Source of the DNA: Balanoglossus misakiensis
Lineage: Eukaryota; Animalia; Hemichordata
Direction: 5' to 3'
Length of the DNA: 64,000 nucleotides
NCBI GenBank assembly: GCA_040954595.2
Contig: CM082582.2
Coordinates: 4,262,303-4,326,302 of the forward strand
Shown one piece after another: positions 1 through 23,300 of the stretch (within the stretch, counting starts at the first letter, position 1; every line of letters begins with the position of its first letter). The notes under the pieces were generated by a model, which searched no databases, had not been told where the DNA came from, and saw nothing but the letters and a program-made list of their open reading frames with translations. Both the position numbers and the translations under genes were made by a program.

Positions 1-865
1 AAAACTAAACTAAACTAATAACTGAGAAAATCGAAAAAATCTATGAGAAACGAGCGGAAAATGGCGGAGCGGAAAATAGAGCGAGTACGGGGAATGAAGA
101 ACGGTAACGAACTGAACTTCGGCGGCAAGGTTTTTATTGTTATGCAAATACCTTGAGCAATATGCTAAATAGACAGAAGTGTAAATGAACTTGGAAGGAA
201 GTGTTAAGGATATAACAATAGGTGAAACCAACTGATCACAGTTGTTGGTAGCATGCAGATTGAGGTGTCAAAAATCTTACCAATCAGGAACAGCCTTCCA
301 AGACTGCGTGGTTGTGGTAAGGTGTTTTTTTTATTGTTCAATTTCTTTACCATGTCACCACTGGTATATAACACTGCATATGGATGCACTGGGATCAATG
401 ATTTGCTTTCCACAGCGCCACACATTGTGAAATTATACATGTTGCATGCTTCTGACACGCTCTACGTACCTTAGACAACTTAGACAATATTATCCGATAA
501 GAAATATTATCTCAGTCTATGTCAAGGCGCAGTTCATCAGGATAATACTTTACATGGCAAAAGTCCTTACTATGCACCCAAACGTGTTGTTTAGTGTTTG
601 CTTGACTTTGAGTAAGGTGATAATGTAAATGTCACCAAAATGTTTCATGATTTTCTAGAAATATACAAATGAATACAATTGACTTATTTTGTCAAGTTTT
701 CCTTATTAACACCATTGCCATTTAATTTACGTACATGCGTAAACACAACTGCTTTAAAACAAAATTGTGATGGGTCTCGTATTTACTGCCACGTTATAGT
801 CAACTGAGCGGACAAATTTTCATTGCTTTGATTCTCTCAAAGCTTTCCCGAGCAGCCTGCATAGT

Positions 866-879
866 GCGCCCTCTTGTGG
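866..879 (+). promoter_or_regulatory. CTCF-like motif
   Basis: GCGCCCTCTTGTGG matches the reverse complement of the CTCF core CCASYAGRKGGCRC. Confidence 0.45.
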
Positions 880-3081
880 TGACTTGTGTCTTCTGAGAAT
901 CGGCCAGATAAAAAATATCAAAGTGTTCCATGATCCGTCACTCTCGTTACAAAGAAACAAAATTCACCATCTTTCCCGTTTTAGCGTTTCGTCCGTTGGT
1001 GAAACACGTTAGGAAAATTTATTTTAAGAATGGTATTTCAGTTTTGACATAAACTCGATCATTGAACCGAGCAAATTGTTTGAAACGTAAGAGAGTTCAG
1101 ATTTTACTTCCAGGCCCAAGCCCCGCGTATAAGCGGAAGAAAAAGCGCCTGTACTCGTATATGCACTCTTCACTTTTTGTCACCCGTGGGAGGGTTAGAC
1201 TTACGTATACGTCAGTCACGCTGAGCAAGTAGGATTTCAAACGGCCAGACTAGCCGCATAGATAGCCTACAATGCTTTATTATTTTCAAGGCCACCGCCC
1301 CATATGCAGTGAAACAGACTTACAGTAACATTCTCTATCAATCGGTTACTCAGATTTTACAGAGAAATAAAGATACCGAAAACAAATAAAAGAATCAACA
1401 TGAATTGTTATTTCCAACTGCTAGCACCATCCAGGCACAGCCCAACCCATATGAATACAAAATGTGCTTAATATTGATGTGGCCCAATTATTTCTGCCTA
1501 AATTGTTTATGATGTACGCCTAGTGGGGGAGTCTGTGATGAGGAAATACAACAAATTTATACATTTATCTAGATTCGGGTTTGTGGAGTACTAGGGTGGG
1601 AGATAATTTGATCATAAAACGTTATACAGTTTATATTGCAAAAGGAAATGGTACTCGTTTTCGGTACTGTCTATTCTCTCGCGAAAGTTTCTTTTGTCTT
1701 CCTTGTTATATTGATACCATACGGAAGTAAGAAAGTGAGTGTTTGAATATAGGTTTCGTAGGGGTCAAAAGAAAAGTTTTTGGTGTCATGTCTACTTGAA
1801 CAAGTGTAACGGTGCATTGTATTAACCACAACATGCACAATCTTTCATATCAATGATTCTGTGCAAAGCTGCACAAAGTTTAGGTCAGAGAACTGTGAAT
1901 GTCACGGACAGAAATAACCTTTACACCTTTTATTATGGTCAGCGATTCAAGTTTATTAACACACTTTGCTACGCTACTTCGTTTTTTGGTTAGGCTAGAG
2001 TATATGTTTGAAGGGTCCGTAAGGGTGTCTGCATTTGTTCAAAGCACTATTTGTCACATTTTCACACTTCCAAACTTTCATAAAGAAAATGCAGACCAAT
2101 CAAGGACTGTTTTGTAAGTTGATTTGCAATTGCTGCGTTTACGGAATAAACATTAGGGACAATTGGAAAAGTTTGAATGGTGCATGCATGGTGCGTCGGA
2201 CCACTGAGCATAGTCTGGCAGTGCGCCCCCTACGGTACGATTTCCAAGGCGAAAAATTACATGTACATGTATAATATATAATTGAAGTAAATGTTCTCCA
2301 GTGAGACATATTTTTCATTGCAATATAAATGCACTTTTAAAAAAATGCAGGAATTTTCGATTTTCTTTAATTTTTGGCCATTTTGTTATAAATACGTGTT
2401 AATCTTGATATACTATCATGTGACATAATTAAAACTTATTGTTCCAGTTGCAGCTCATGTGCCTTGAAGCACAGGCGCTTGTAAAGATGCTATTTCAGTT
2501 TTATACTACTGATTTATCGTTTTTATCCACTTTATAATTAATATAAAACTGAAATAGCATCTTTACAAGCGCCTGTGCCTTGAAGGGGGAATCATGAACC
2601 GGCGGAATGTTTTCCAACCCGAAACCACGGCCCGAAACACATTTCTGCGGTGATCGTCCGTCGTCCGATCCGATCGGCTTCGTAAGTTCAGGCAAAACAG
2701 CACAGTGCGGATGTAAGAGAGAGTTTGCGTAACCATAGATACCGTTTTGAGGATGGGCCGGGATACTAGTAAACACGCTTGGCAGTGGCACATACTTGGC
2801 ACCTTCGAAGTATAAAATGCACACCGCCACTTCCGGGTTACAAGACGCTAAAGCTAAAACGCCCACTTTGACCCAGGCCAACATACACCGTTCGAACTCT
2901 TTTATTACAATCAGGCCGGTCGCGCTGGAAACACTGTATAGAATCCTGTGACCTAAAGAAGCTTTGCAGACGGCATCTACGATCTCACTCTTTCTTATAA
3001 TTAACTGGACGTTAAAACAATGTAATGCAAAACGTAACATATCCAATCGTCGAATCCAAACATGATGGTGGTGGTGTTCAA

Positions 3082-3416
3082 TGACGTCATGGCTGCCACG
3101 AGTTAGACGGTTTACAGCTTCCCCGTTTTCTTGCGCGTACGAATGTAGTTCACTTTGTTAGGTTTCTATTGTAATTCTCGCTTTAATTATTGAGATTTTT
3201 ATTAAATAATTCTCTGATATGGTCAATAATGAATAAATGACATTAAAATAGAATACTTGGACATATTTTCTTTAGCGCGAAGGAATATTTTTTGGCTCAC
3301 TCTGTTGTAAGTCTCCGGTGTCCGCCATATTGGATACATGCCCTTGGTGTTGTCTGAATTTCAAGTAAAATTTGGACGTACTGCCCGTGAGTTTGATTGA
3401 AGTAATAAAGGTAAGG
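3082..3416 (+). promoter_or_regulatory. Probable AP1G1 promoter and non-coding first exon
   Basis: Full CRE palindrome TGACGTCA at 3082-3089, YY1-like CCGCCATATTG at 3322-3332, locally CpG-rich sequence, and a strong donor AAG|GTAAGG at 3410/3411. Confidence 0.5.
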
Positions 3417-6203
3417 TTGTGTTTTTTCGAACACTTTAGATCAACATGTATCGTATTCTAGAGATGATATACACACACTTCGACTGGACTAAATCATTCC
3501 ATTTTTTCGTATCACTTGATTCAGCGCAAATCTATTATCAATCAGATAATATCGGTAAACCGGGGAAAATCAACAAAATACAGTTTTGTTAGGGATGTAC
3601 AGTGATTACGAGACTTGTCACTTCACATCACAGTTTTTGTATTGCATTGTTTTGATGACGGGAATAGCTAGGGATCACAATAAGTTAGTACCATGGTCAG
3701 CGTCTCCACGGGGAGAAATGATATCCAGGCGTTGTCGTGGTGCGTGTACCGTGTACGAAACCCTTGATTGTTATTACTACACGGATTATTATTTTAATGA
3801 AAATGATACCTTTTGAACCCATGCATGTTATAATATTGTAAGTATGTAAAAATCGAATGTACGAATTTTAGATTTCATTAGTGTGTTTCAACAAAGCATT
3901 TTTGTTCATAAAAATACGGAAATGTAACTTGCTTGCACATGCTGAAGACTGAAGTGCGCCACACGAGTCAAAAGCTCGCCAGTGTCACCACCACAGGCAG
4001 GCGGACCCTATCATGTACGGTTGGGGGGGGGGGGGGGTTCATGAAATTAGACAAGTGGTGGACAATAACATGTGTATACATATTTAAGGCTTCATGCATG
4101 TATACCCTTTTTTGGATTAGTTACCCCCAAAAGTAATTTCTATCATTGTGATGTTTCCAAAGGTTAGATTCTTAGAAAATGACTAGTCTTGCTGAGAGCT
4201 TTGTGAATTTTCTGTAAGTTGTATGATCCTGGAATGTGACTTCGTGACTTACTGGAGCCATTAATCCTATGTGATTCTGTCAAAGCTATGCATTTATTCC
4301 ACATGTGGCAAATTTTTTGTGTTAAAATGAATCATCTTATGATTATTGATCGCAATATTCAATATCTCAGGTATCTGTAATTTTCTGGTTACCAAGGAAA
4401 GACTTGCCTCACCTTGGTGAATATATCAAACATATAGTTTCTTATAAATGATGGTATCCCGTAATATCAAAGTCTCGCCCAACATTTTGCAAATTGCAGA
4501 TGAAGTTGCTAGTGTGTATGTAATGGTATTAGGAACTTCTGGATAACAAGTCCAATACACTTCAAACTCCATGACTATCTGCGGACGTTTGTAATAATAA
4601 ATTCAGTGTCTAAGCCATTCAGATTCTATAAGTGCATGGTGTCAGTAATTGTACATCACCAAATTGCGTAACAATAGAAGTAACTTTTCTGTTCTTTTGC
4701 CAAAAATTAAAGTGGTTGCCACCATTAATTTATTGCTCTGGTGAGAACACATTAACATATTTAATAGGTTAACGAATGAAGCCTAATTAAGAGTATTGAA
4801 TATGTGGCACTGGTAATGACTGACAGTAACACTAATGTTACTAACACTAATTTTACAACTAATGCCATATTTTTTTGGAGTAACCCTAGCAATGAACATG
4901 CATTCAAACTCTGTTGAGTTGGCTAAGCACATACATGTTAGTACCTGTGTTCTCCCCATAAAAAAATTAAAGGATATCAGCATATCTGCATAACAATTAA
5001 CATATGTTTAACTATATGAATTAATGATTAAAAGGGCAGTGAACGCTATATAAAGTTGAACGCTATATAAAAATGGCATAAAAAACACCCAGACTGACCA
5101 ACCACATGACGTCACCATATATGACTGCAGTGTCAGTGCAGCAACTTTTTTTCAATTTTACTGGAGGCCGAATCGGAAGTTAAGATGCTGGGGGGAGGGG
5201 GACAGGTTCAGTGTTGCTGTCAGACCGGAAGTTTTTTGGTCATTTTTGTCACTTTTTGGACACATTTCCTTGCCTGGTACCATCTATGTTGACACACTCT
5301 GCTGAGCGATGTCACTGTTTGAATTCCTATTGTCAATTATTGATTGTTGGCATAATTGCGACAGAAGAAGCTGGCCAGGCTGACTTGGTCATGTTGGTTT
5401 GCAGATTTAGAGGAGGAAGTAGGTTTTATTAGCCATACACATTCTAAAATTTTTTTGAAGTTTTGGTAAATTGTAGTGATGATGGGTCAGGCACAGATGA
5501 CGACGGCATTTGCGACAATGCCATACAGGATGAGGAACACTGAAAATCAGATTCATAAAATGATAAACACAAACAAAAATTCTTCAGACCCCCCTCCCCC
5601 CCACCTACTTAATTTGCTCGCCACCCACTTTTCATTTTTCCCCCCAACAGAAGACTTAGAGATATTAACCCTGAATTTAGAGTTATATTTCAGTAAATAA
5701 ATACTAGTATTTCTCCTTGAATACAAAACTAGTCAAACAATGTCTCTTGACTGTATTTGCTATCTGAGGTTGCTTCCACTACATAATATTCCAGCATATA
5801 TTTTTTCATGCTATTTTTACTGAGGCATGGGGTGTAATATTAGGCATGATTTAGGGGAAAAAAATCTCTGATGTATATGACGGTTTGGTGGTGGTGTGGT
5901 GTTGCATTTTGTTTTGTTCATACCAGGCGGTGTAGTGGGTTTACATGTAATGGTTACTTGTACTGGGTTACCTTCCCTCTCTCCCGCATGCCTTTAGTGA
6001 AGTTACAGCAGTCGGAAAAAGATTTTGGTTTTTTGTTTTGGTCCAACAACTTACTGCATGTCTTTGTTGCATGTGTTCTATTGCAGCGCTGTGACTTGGC
6101 TTTCCTGCTCCCAGTACTGTTACTGTACTGTACGTGGAGGGCACAAATCTCTCTACCAGTTATCATTGTTGTGTGTGTGCCATATGTAACTAGTCTAAGA
6201 ACC

Positions 6204-6254
6204 ATGTCGGTGTTGCAGGCTATAGAAGATAAAGTTAAGTCAGTTGAGGAGAAG
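6204..6254 (+). CDS. AP1G1: Probable alternative upstream coding exon of AP1G1 (MSVLQAIEDKVKSVEEK)
   Basis: ACCATG start context, 17 codons ending at a phase-0 donor AAG|GTAAAG. It splices in frame to the acceptor at 7238/7239 (CTG TCC AAG ATG...), giving a 20-aa N-terminal extension. Confidence 0.55.
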
Positions 6255-7247
6255 GTAAAGACAGAACTTCCTGATTATCTTGTGTGCCTGTCGATATGAT
6301 TTTGTTAATTAATAAATGCCCATTCCATCTTGATGAGAAATTAACATCATTTGCTATTAACCTTGTGCAAAAATCTCACAAATGACATAGCTAACAATGA
6401 CACATCACAATCCTAATCTGATCCTGTTCAAGACTGATATAAATGTTCTGTCATATATATTTTTGTAATACTTCTGCGTTCATTTAAATACATGCATCAT
6501 GGCTGACAGAGGGAATCAAAATCTTTCCATTGCAACATCATTTACTTTCCGCAAAATCATTTTTTCCGATTTACTAAATAAATATTCCAAAACATATAGA
6601 AAAAAAAGCATTTTTAAAACAAATACTACTTTCAATTATTGCATGAAATGTTACTGCTTTACTCTTGATGAGTTACGTGAATTCTTATTTTGCTAAGTGT
6701 ACATGCTGAAACTTTCTTAACTGATCTTTTCAAATCTCCATATTTGCTCATCATTTTTTTCAATCATTTAATCTAAAGTTTTTTTACATCCACTTTTAAA
6801 ATAATATAAATCCATATAAGCAATATTATCATGATATTAGTGTGTTAATCCTTTTAAACTTTTCAAGTTTTTCAGTGGGTTGATAGAAATATATATTTGT
6901 ATTTGTTGATGATGCTAGTCGACAGAGAAATTAATGGTAACTATATCAAGCACCATACTTGGATATTACTCGAGAGTTAGGATTTGTATATGTATACTAT
7001 GTATACTGCACATATAGTCTGTTTCTCAATAGTACTTCATTGTTTAAAGTGCAAACTGCAAAAAAATACATATATTTTTTATTTTATTTTCAGTGGATTC
7101 AACAAGTGAACTAATTCCCAGATTGTTTGACTTTGACTAAGTTTGCATTCTTGCATAATTTTGTGTCAGAAGCAGTAGTTTCAATGTTAAGTAATCTGTT
7201 CTGAAAAAAAAAAAATCATATACTTTGCTTGGTTTCAGCTGTCCAAG

Positions 7248-17477
<10,230 letters not shown>

Positions 17478-20072
17478 TTAATCCTGCAGCATTTGGGCCA
17501 TAAGGGGGGAATGGATGTTGATTAGGGGGGAACGTGCTGTGGGTACTCGATGGATTAAATTGTTTGATGGCTTCACAAACATGTGTTCAGTGGCGTAATT
17601 GTGTGCAGGTCCTTTCAGACACAATTGCAATAAAGCTTTAATTTCCCAGCTCGCTCAAAGTCATGAAGAGTGGAGAATATAATGTTGTAACATCGACGTG
17701 ATAATTGCAAGTGGTCTGTTCAGGTGATTTGCATCAGAGTTGATATTCCTAAAACTTTCTGCCAGAACAATATGGAGAAATTTGTCTGCTGTAACGTTTT
17801 GTTTAATTTTGACGTTTTGTTTGGATTGATTAAATTTAAATGAATCAAATGCATAATTACATATATTTATCTTTGAAATTTGCATGATGTTTCTCAAAAT
17901 CGACTGCTGGAATGACTCTGCGTTGGTTATTTTGCATGCTGGTAATCATCGCATTGGCCATTGTAGTACACAAACAAAGTTTCTCCATGTTGCTGGCATT
18001 CCTTAGGATCGACCTTACAGTCACCAGCTTGAAGCTGACGTTCCTCGTACAGCAATATTTAATCCTTTCACCGTGATGGTTTGGTCCAAACCCATTGTTT
18101 TCTATTGTAAAATGGCATGAAGGGTGAAAAGGTTATAGACTGGTGAAACTTGGACTTGTGTTCGAGCCAAGAAGGGAAATTAAGTTTAGAGACCTCTATG
18201 TATCAGGTGTTGATGTCGAAGCCATCAAACACTGTACCCCGATATTCAGATTAATGTGAAAAGTGTCTGTTGAATGCTACTTTTGGAGAAATGATGAACA
18301 AGGAGAAAAAAAGCTTTCTCTTTGTCATGTAATGTAAATAGTTTTCAAAGTCATCATTTTTTGCATTATGTATGTGATCTGACTTGCATCAGATCTGGAA
18401 TTCCCCCGATCAATTTCAACGCGTACAACATCACTTTCAAGACACTATTGGGATAATAGACACAAATTTTGGTTTGAACATAAACTCACAATTTATAGAA
18501 ACTTGTCTTTTGTGTGATCTGTTGGGAAATTAAAAAAAAATTGATGAAATTACCATCACCAAAAAAAAAAAAACACATTGCAGTATGGTGGACACAACAT
18601 ACATCATTAATTATATGTGGAGGGGGGGGGGGACCACCAATTACTGCCACGAATGGATATTGATCAAGTTCATGACACAGTTTTACTGGTTACATCAAAC
18701 TCGTCATGAGCAACAGTGAAACAGAACATTTTTTTGTCAACGGGTACTAGTCTTACTGGCTTCAGATGAAACTTCAAACTTCAAAACAACTTTTTGCAAC
18801 TTCTTTAAGACATGTACCATGTAAAATAGTTATTGTGAACCAACTAGGGATGAAAAAATTGTTTTCAGATATTGTTGATCAGTGCTTAATTTTTTTTAGT
18901 TTTGTGTAGCTTTCAACCTGGCTTTGTGTATCCCATTGTAAAAGATCTATTTATCAGTGTACTATTATTGAATCTTCATGTAATTGCTGTATATAAGAAT
19001 AATTTCTTTCCTTGAGTAGTGAAGCTTGAAAGGAACCTTCATGTTTTATGTATGATCAACATGCATAGAAAAAAGAATACAGACAGATAAAATTACTATA
19101 AACACCTGTCAGCATACAATGGGCTAGTTGATATGAAAGTGTTAGAAATATTCATAACATTTACCAAAAAGGGGTATGTGAAGAAACATTGATATTTTGA
19201 GTTGATAGCTTCTGGTACATACTGAGTATATATTGGGCAGAATTTGAAGTGTTATGTACACACATAATCAAAAACAGCAGCTCAGCTAACTACTCAGAAA
19301 GTGTTTGTTGAAATATGGACAACCTGTGTGAAAGAAATGTATCCAACAATTTATCTGATCAGCCTAGAGGCACTCCATGTTTTTTTTTACATTAGTAGAG
19401 CTAGGAGTATTTGGGTGTATAAGATGTAATGCCAAGTCGAATAATTCACTGCAGATGTATGATGTAATTTTGAGTGAGAAAGAGAAAATTATGAAACCAT
19501 ATCACTGCTTCAATTTGAAGAAAATTAAAAACTGCCGGTCGATAGCCTAACAGATTTTGAGCCGTTTTCATATACATCGCCTGTGATTCACCAATTTGCC
19601 CATAGGATAACCGAATGCAACCCAGATATTGTGAACACTTCGAAGGAACGTGGTCTGTAATAAAAGTATAAGCCAATCATATTGTTTCTGTCCTTTGTGC
19701 ATGTTTGTCTGTCTGTCTATCTGGTTGTTACATGTGTGGCTGCAATGTATGCATGTGTTTCAGTGTGATATGAAAATCAGACATGCAAGACAACTATTTA
19801 TCGAAATCCCTCTATAATTTGATGGATCACTTGTATCACCAGTCCTGATTTGAATACAGGGACCAAATATGCCCCTTTCCAAGCATTTGGAAATGTTCAT
19901 TGTCTATGGATGACATATTAAATAATGAACACTGTGGAGTCCGTATAGAAGAACCATATTCAAGACTTTTATTAAAAATACCATCAACGTCTATGATAAT
20001 ATGATAGAAGCTGAATAAGTTTTGTTGTCTGCCAGCTTTTTTTCTTCTTCTGCCTTTACCCTGACCTCGTAT

Positions 20073-20296
20073 GCGCCCTCTTTTGGTGAACTCTTGCTGC
20101 CGTCTGACTTCGGTTAATTTTTGTTTGGACGTGCTTTTAAAAATTGTTTAACCTGGGGTATGTCATTCATTTTTCTCACTCTCCCTCATACCCCTCGCCC
20201 ATAAAAGTAATGGTATTATACAACAGACAGTTCAAGGTCAATGTATAAGGTCAATCTGCGTTGCAGATCGACCATGGAACGCAGCGCCCTCTCTGG
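20073..20296 (+). promoter_or_regulatory. Two CTCF-like motifs upstream of E2F4/5
   Basis: GCGCCCTCTTTTGG (20073-20086) and GCGCCCTCTCTGG (20284-20296), in the same orientation as the motif at 866. Confidence 0.4.
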
Positions 20297-20361
20297 TTAA
20301 ATAAAGAAAGGGAACAAGTTGTCCCATGTTGCTTTTCGAGGATCTTATAACGGAAATAACA

Positions 20362-23300
20362 ATGGCGGACGGTGTGCATTCAAGCAGGCATGAGAAAAGT
20401 CTGGGTTTGTTAACAACTAGATTTGTTTCCTTGCTCCAAGAAGCTAAAGATGGGGTACTAGATCTTAAAGTGGTGAGTGTGCCAATCTTCATTCATTTTC
20501 ACGGTTTGCTCTTAACTTTCACCGGTCCTTGCCTTCGTGTGGTTAGCGTGGCGTGGGGGATGGCAATTTTAAATCGCCATGGAATATTGTCTGTGTTTAA
20601 TTAAAACGCTGGCAGAGTCTGATTCGGTGTGTTCGTGGTCAACCTTGTCACAGAATCCTTCGTGATATGCGGTCTGACTAAAAACTAGTACTGCAAAGCT
20701 TGTAAGGGTACCGTAAACGAATAACGATTCACAAAGAACGTCACTTGTGAAACTTACAACATGTACGTGGCTTGTCTGGAATATGTTTAAATATCGATCA
20801 GTACATTCCCATTGATTCTTGATGTCCAGTTGCAGAACCGTAGCTCGAGCTTTTGCCTGGACAATCCCAGCCAAAATCTCGAGCTAGGGTTTATGCAGCT
20901 GGTTGACCAACATGTAGCACCAGTTACAATCATTGCTGCTAGTCGACGTCTTGACCGTTGACCCACTTTACAAGTTTCACGTACAGTTGACAAGTTGTAA
21001 ACAATTAGGTCGTTTATTCGTAATAAAATAAATGTGATCACCTTGTTTTGGAAAAGGAATTTGTATGTTGAATTTTGATTCGTAGAAATAAAACAAATCC
21101 ACATCCTTTCCATATTTAACTTGGCCAGCAGTCTAGACTTCACTGAATCAGAATGTGGTCATTCGTACTGAAGGCTTCTAATCTACTCAGCAGTATTTTT
21201 CATTCAATCAAACTATTCACAAGTCTTAGCTTCTGTTTCAATTTTATGAAGAATATATGCTTTACATTCTGACACCAATGTTACATGCAATTATTGTTTA
21301 CCTTAACTCTGAGCTCCATTGAACCCGATTGTTTACCTCCAGTTGTGCATTTATTATCATGTTATTACAAAGTTATATGTTACAACATGTTTTAGTACTG
21401 GTTGACTCGCATCTGTCAAAATTCATAGGCTATCAACCCTCTAACCTGAAACAAAAATAGTTATGCAGTGCTTCTGCTTGTTGTGAGTGACAATGTTTTT
21501 TCTCAAGGGAAAGTGTTTGTCGCTGCCCTGGTGGTACACCTGGCCTTTATTGCTGATCTTATTTTCATATGCAAATCAACTATTCATACATTATATATTT
21601 ATCAATTAATAACAGGAGTTCCATACATATACTCATGTTGACACTTGCATAGTTTGCTCGTAATTTTGTTTCCAAAATTACAAAAAGGAGCGTTATAATA
21701 AATGGTCTCACTTTCAAAATTCCAACAGACTTTGCAACTTGCACATTCAGCCAGCTGTTCTCAAGATAGGATTAGTGAGTCTAATGTATTGTTGCATTTA
21801 CAGATGAATGAACACTATTGATTGTGGCCTTTGGGAAACATGGCCCAGTCTGAGTTGTTTGACAACAGAAAAACTGAGACACTTGAATACAAAAGGGGCA
21901 GTTTTTGTGAAATTATATCAGTAACATTTCGCATAGATTTTATTGTACAATTTGGGATATTCCAGTTGAAAATCCACCCCTATACACGTAGTTAAAATGT
22001 GTGTCAGACACACCCACGTCCATTGACTAAAGTCAAGAGTGAGAAGGGACAGCTGACTGCTGCAAACAGGTCAACCACTTGGCATATGTAAACCCTTAAT
22101 ACTCTTAATTGTCCCATTGTCAATGTCATGGCTACCCTATTGTTAACCAGCAAACTGTTATAACAGAAAAGGTCTTAGGGGTTCAGTTTCCCCTCATACA
22201 TGTATTTCAAAAACAAATCAACTAATTTGATGACCAAATTTTAATCATTTGCCAAAAATGGTCCCACTACAATTGTATTATCATGTACATTTCAGGTGAA
22301 ATAACTGCCTGTCTTGCGGGAAGTTGTATTTTTGCAGTTAATCCGGGTTTAATGCTCATTCAGCTAAAAACCAACATCAGCTAATAAACTGACCTTGTCA
22401 GGTGACAATCGCATACACTTGAACTAAATGTTAGCTGTCGCTGACTTTTTCATGAATCTCTCTGAAAATCAAGCAGGGCCATGCAAAATCCTGCGTATTT
22501 CACACATTTCTGATCGTAAAAAAACATTTTGCATAATTCACTAGGCTAGCACTCACTCAAGCAACTAAATCAACCCAGGTATTTAATATTAATAATAGGG
22601 TTATTCACAAAATACGGCCCTGTATGGATGAGGGTTCACTGAGTCGAGGGACATACTGGATGAGCTGCGGGAATAACATTTATTCTGCATTAGTTGGACA
22701 GGAATTTGAGGGGTGAAACCTTTGTCAGTGAAGTTCAGTTTGCATGCTACACAATACTGTAGCTATTAATTGGATTGAGTGCACCAGGTTTGAAATTCTG
22801 TTTATTGTCTGTTTTTCCCCCACAGGCTGCTGATCAATTGGCAGTTCGGCAGAAAAGGAGGATATATGATATAACGAATGTTCTTGAAGGCATTGGTCTC
22901 ATAGAAAAGAAATCCAAGAATAGTATACAATGGAAGTAAGTTGACAATTCAAAGGTTCATTCGGTTGGCAGTACGGTGGACCCTGTGTTATTTTTATATC
23001 TTAATTTAACTAATTTTGTTGTTCCCCCTCTGGTTGTATCGATTGCACATAATAATCTTTATTGGTCCATTGCACCTATGTTCATTCTTGATCATTCACA
23101 CACTTCGGAACACACAACGGTTGAAAATTTACTTCCTCAACACAAAATAATTGGTTTTCTGTCAGTTGCTCGCTTCAGGTCAGCATTGAAATCACATAAT
23201 ATGGTGAAAAAATGCACATTTTGGAAGCCATTTCTTTCAGACCGCCTAGGTTTCTCATTCTTGGTCTGGTACAGATGACAGGCTAATGCTGGCAGAACTT

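Noticed and set aside
2501-3046. 181-aa minus-strand ORF
   Set aside because: Non-ATG start, no recognisable domain or splice structure; it overlaps promoter-like CpG-rich DNA.
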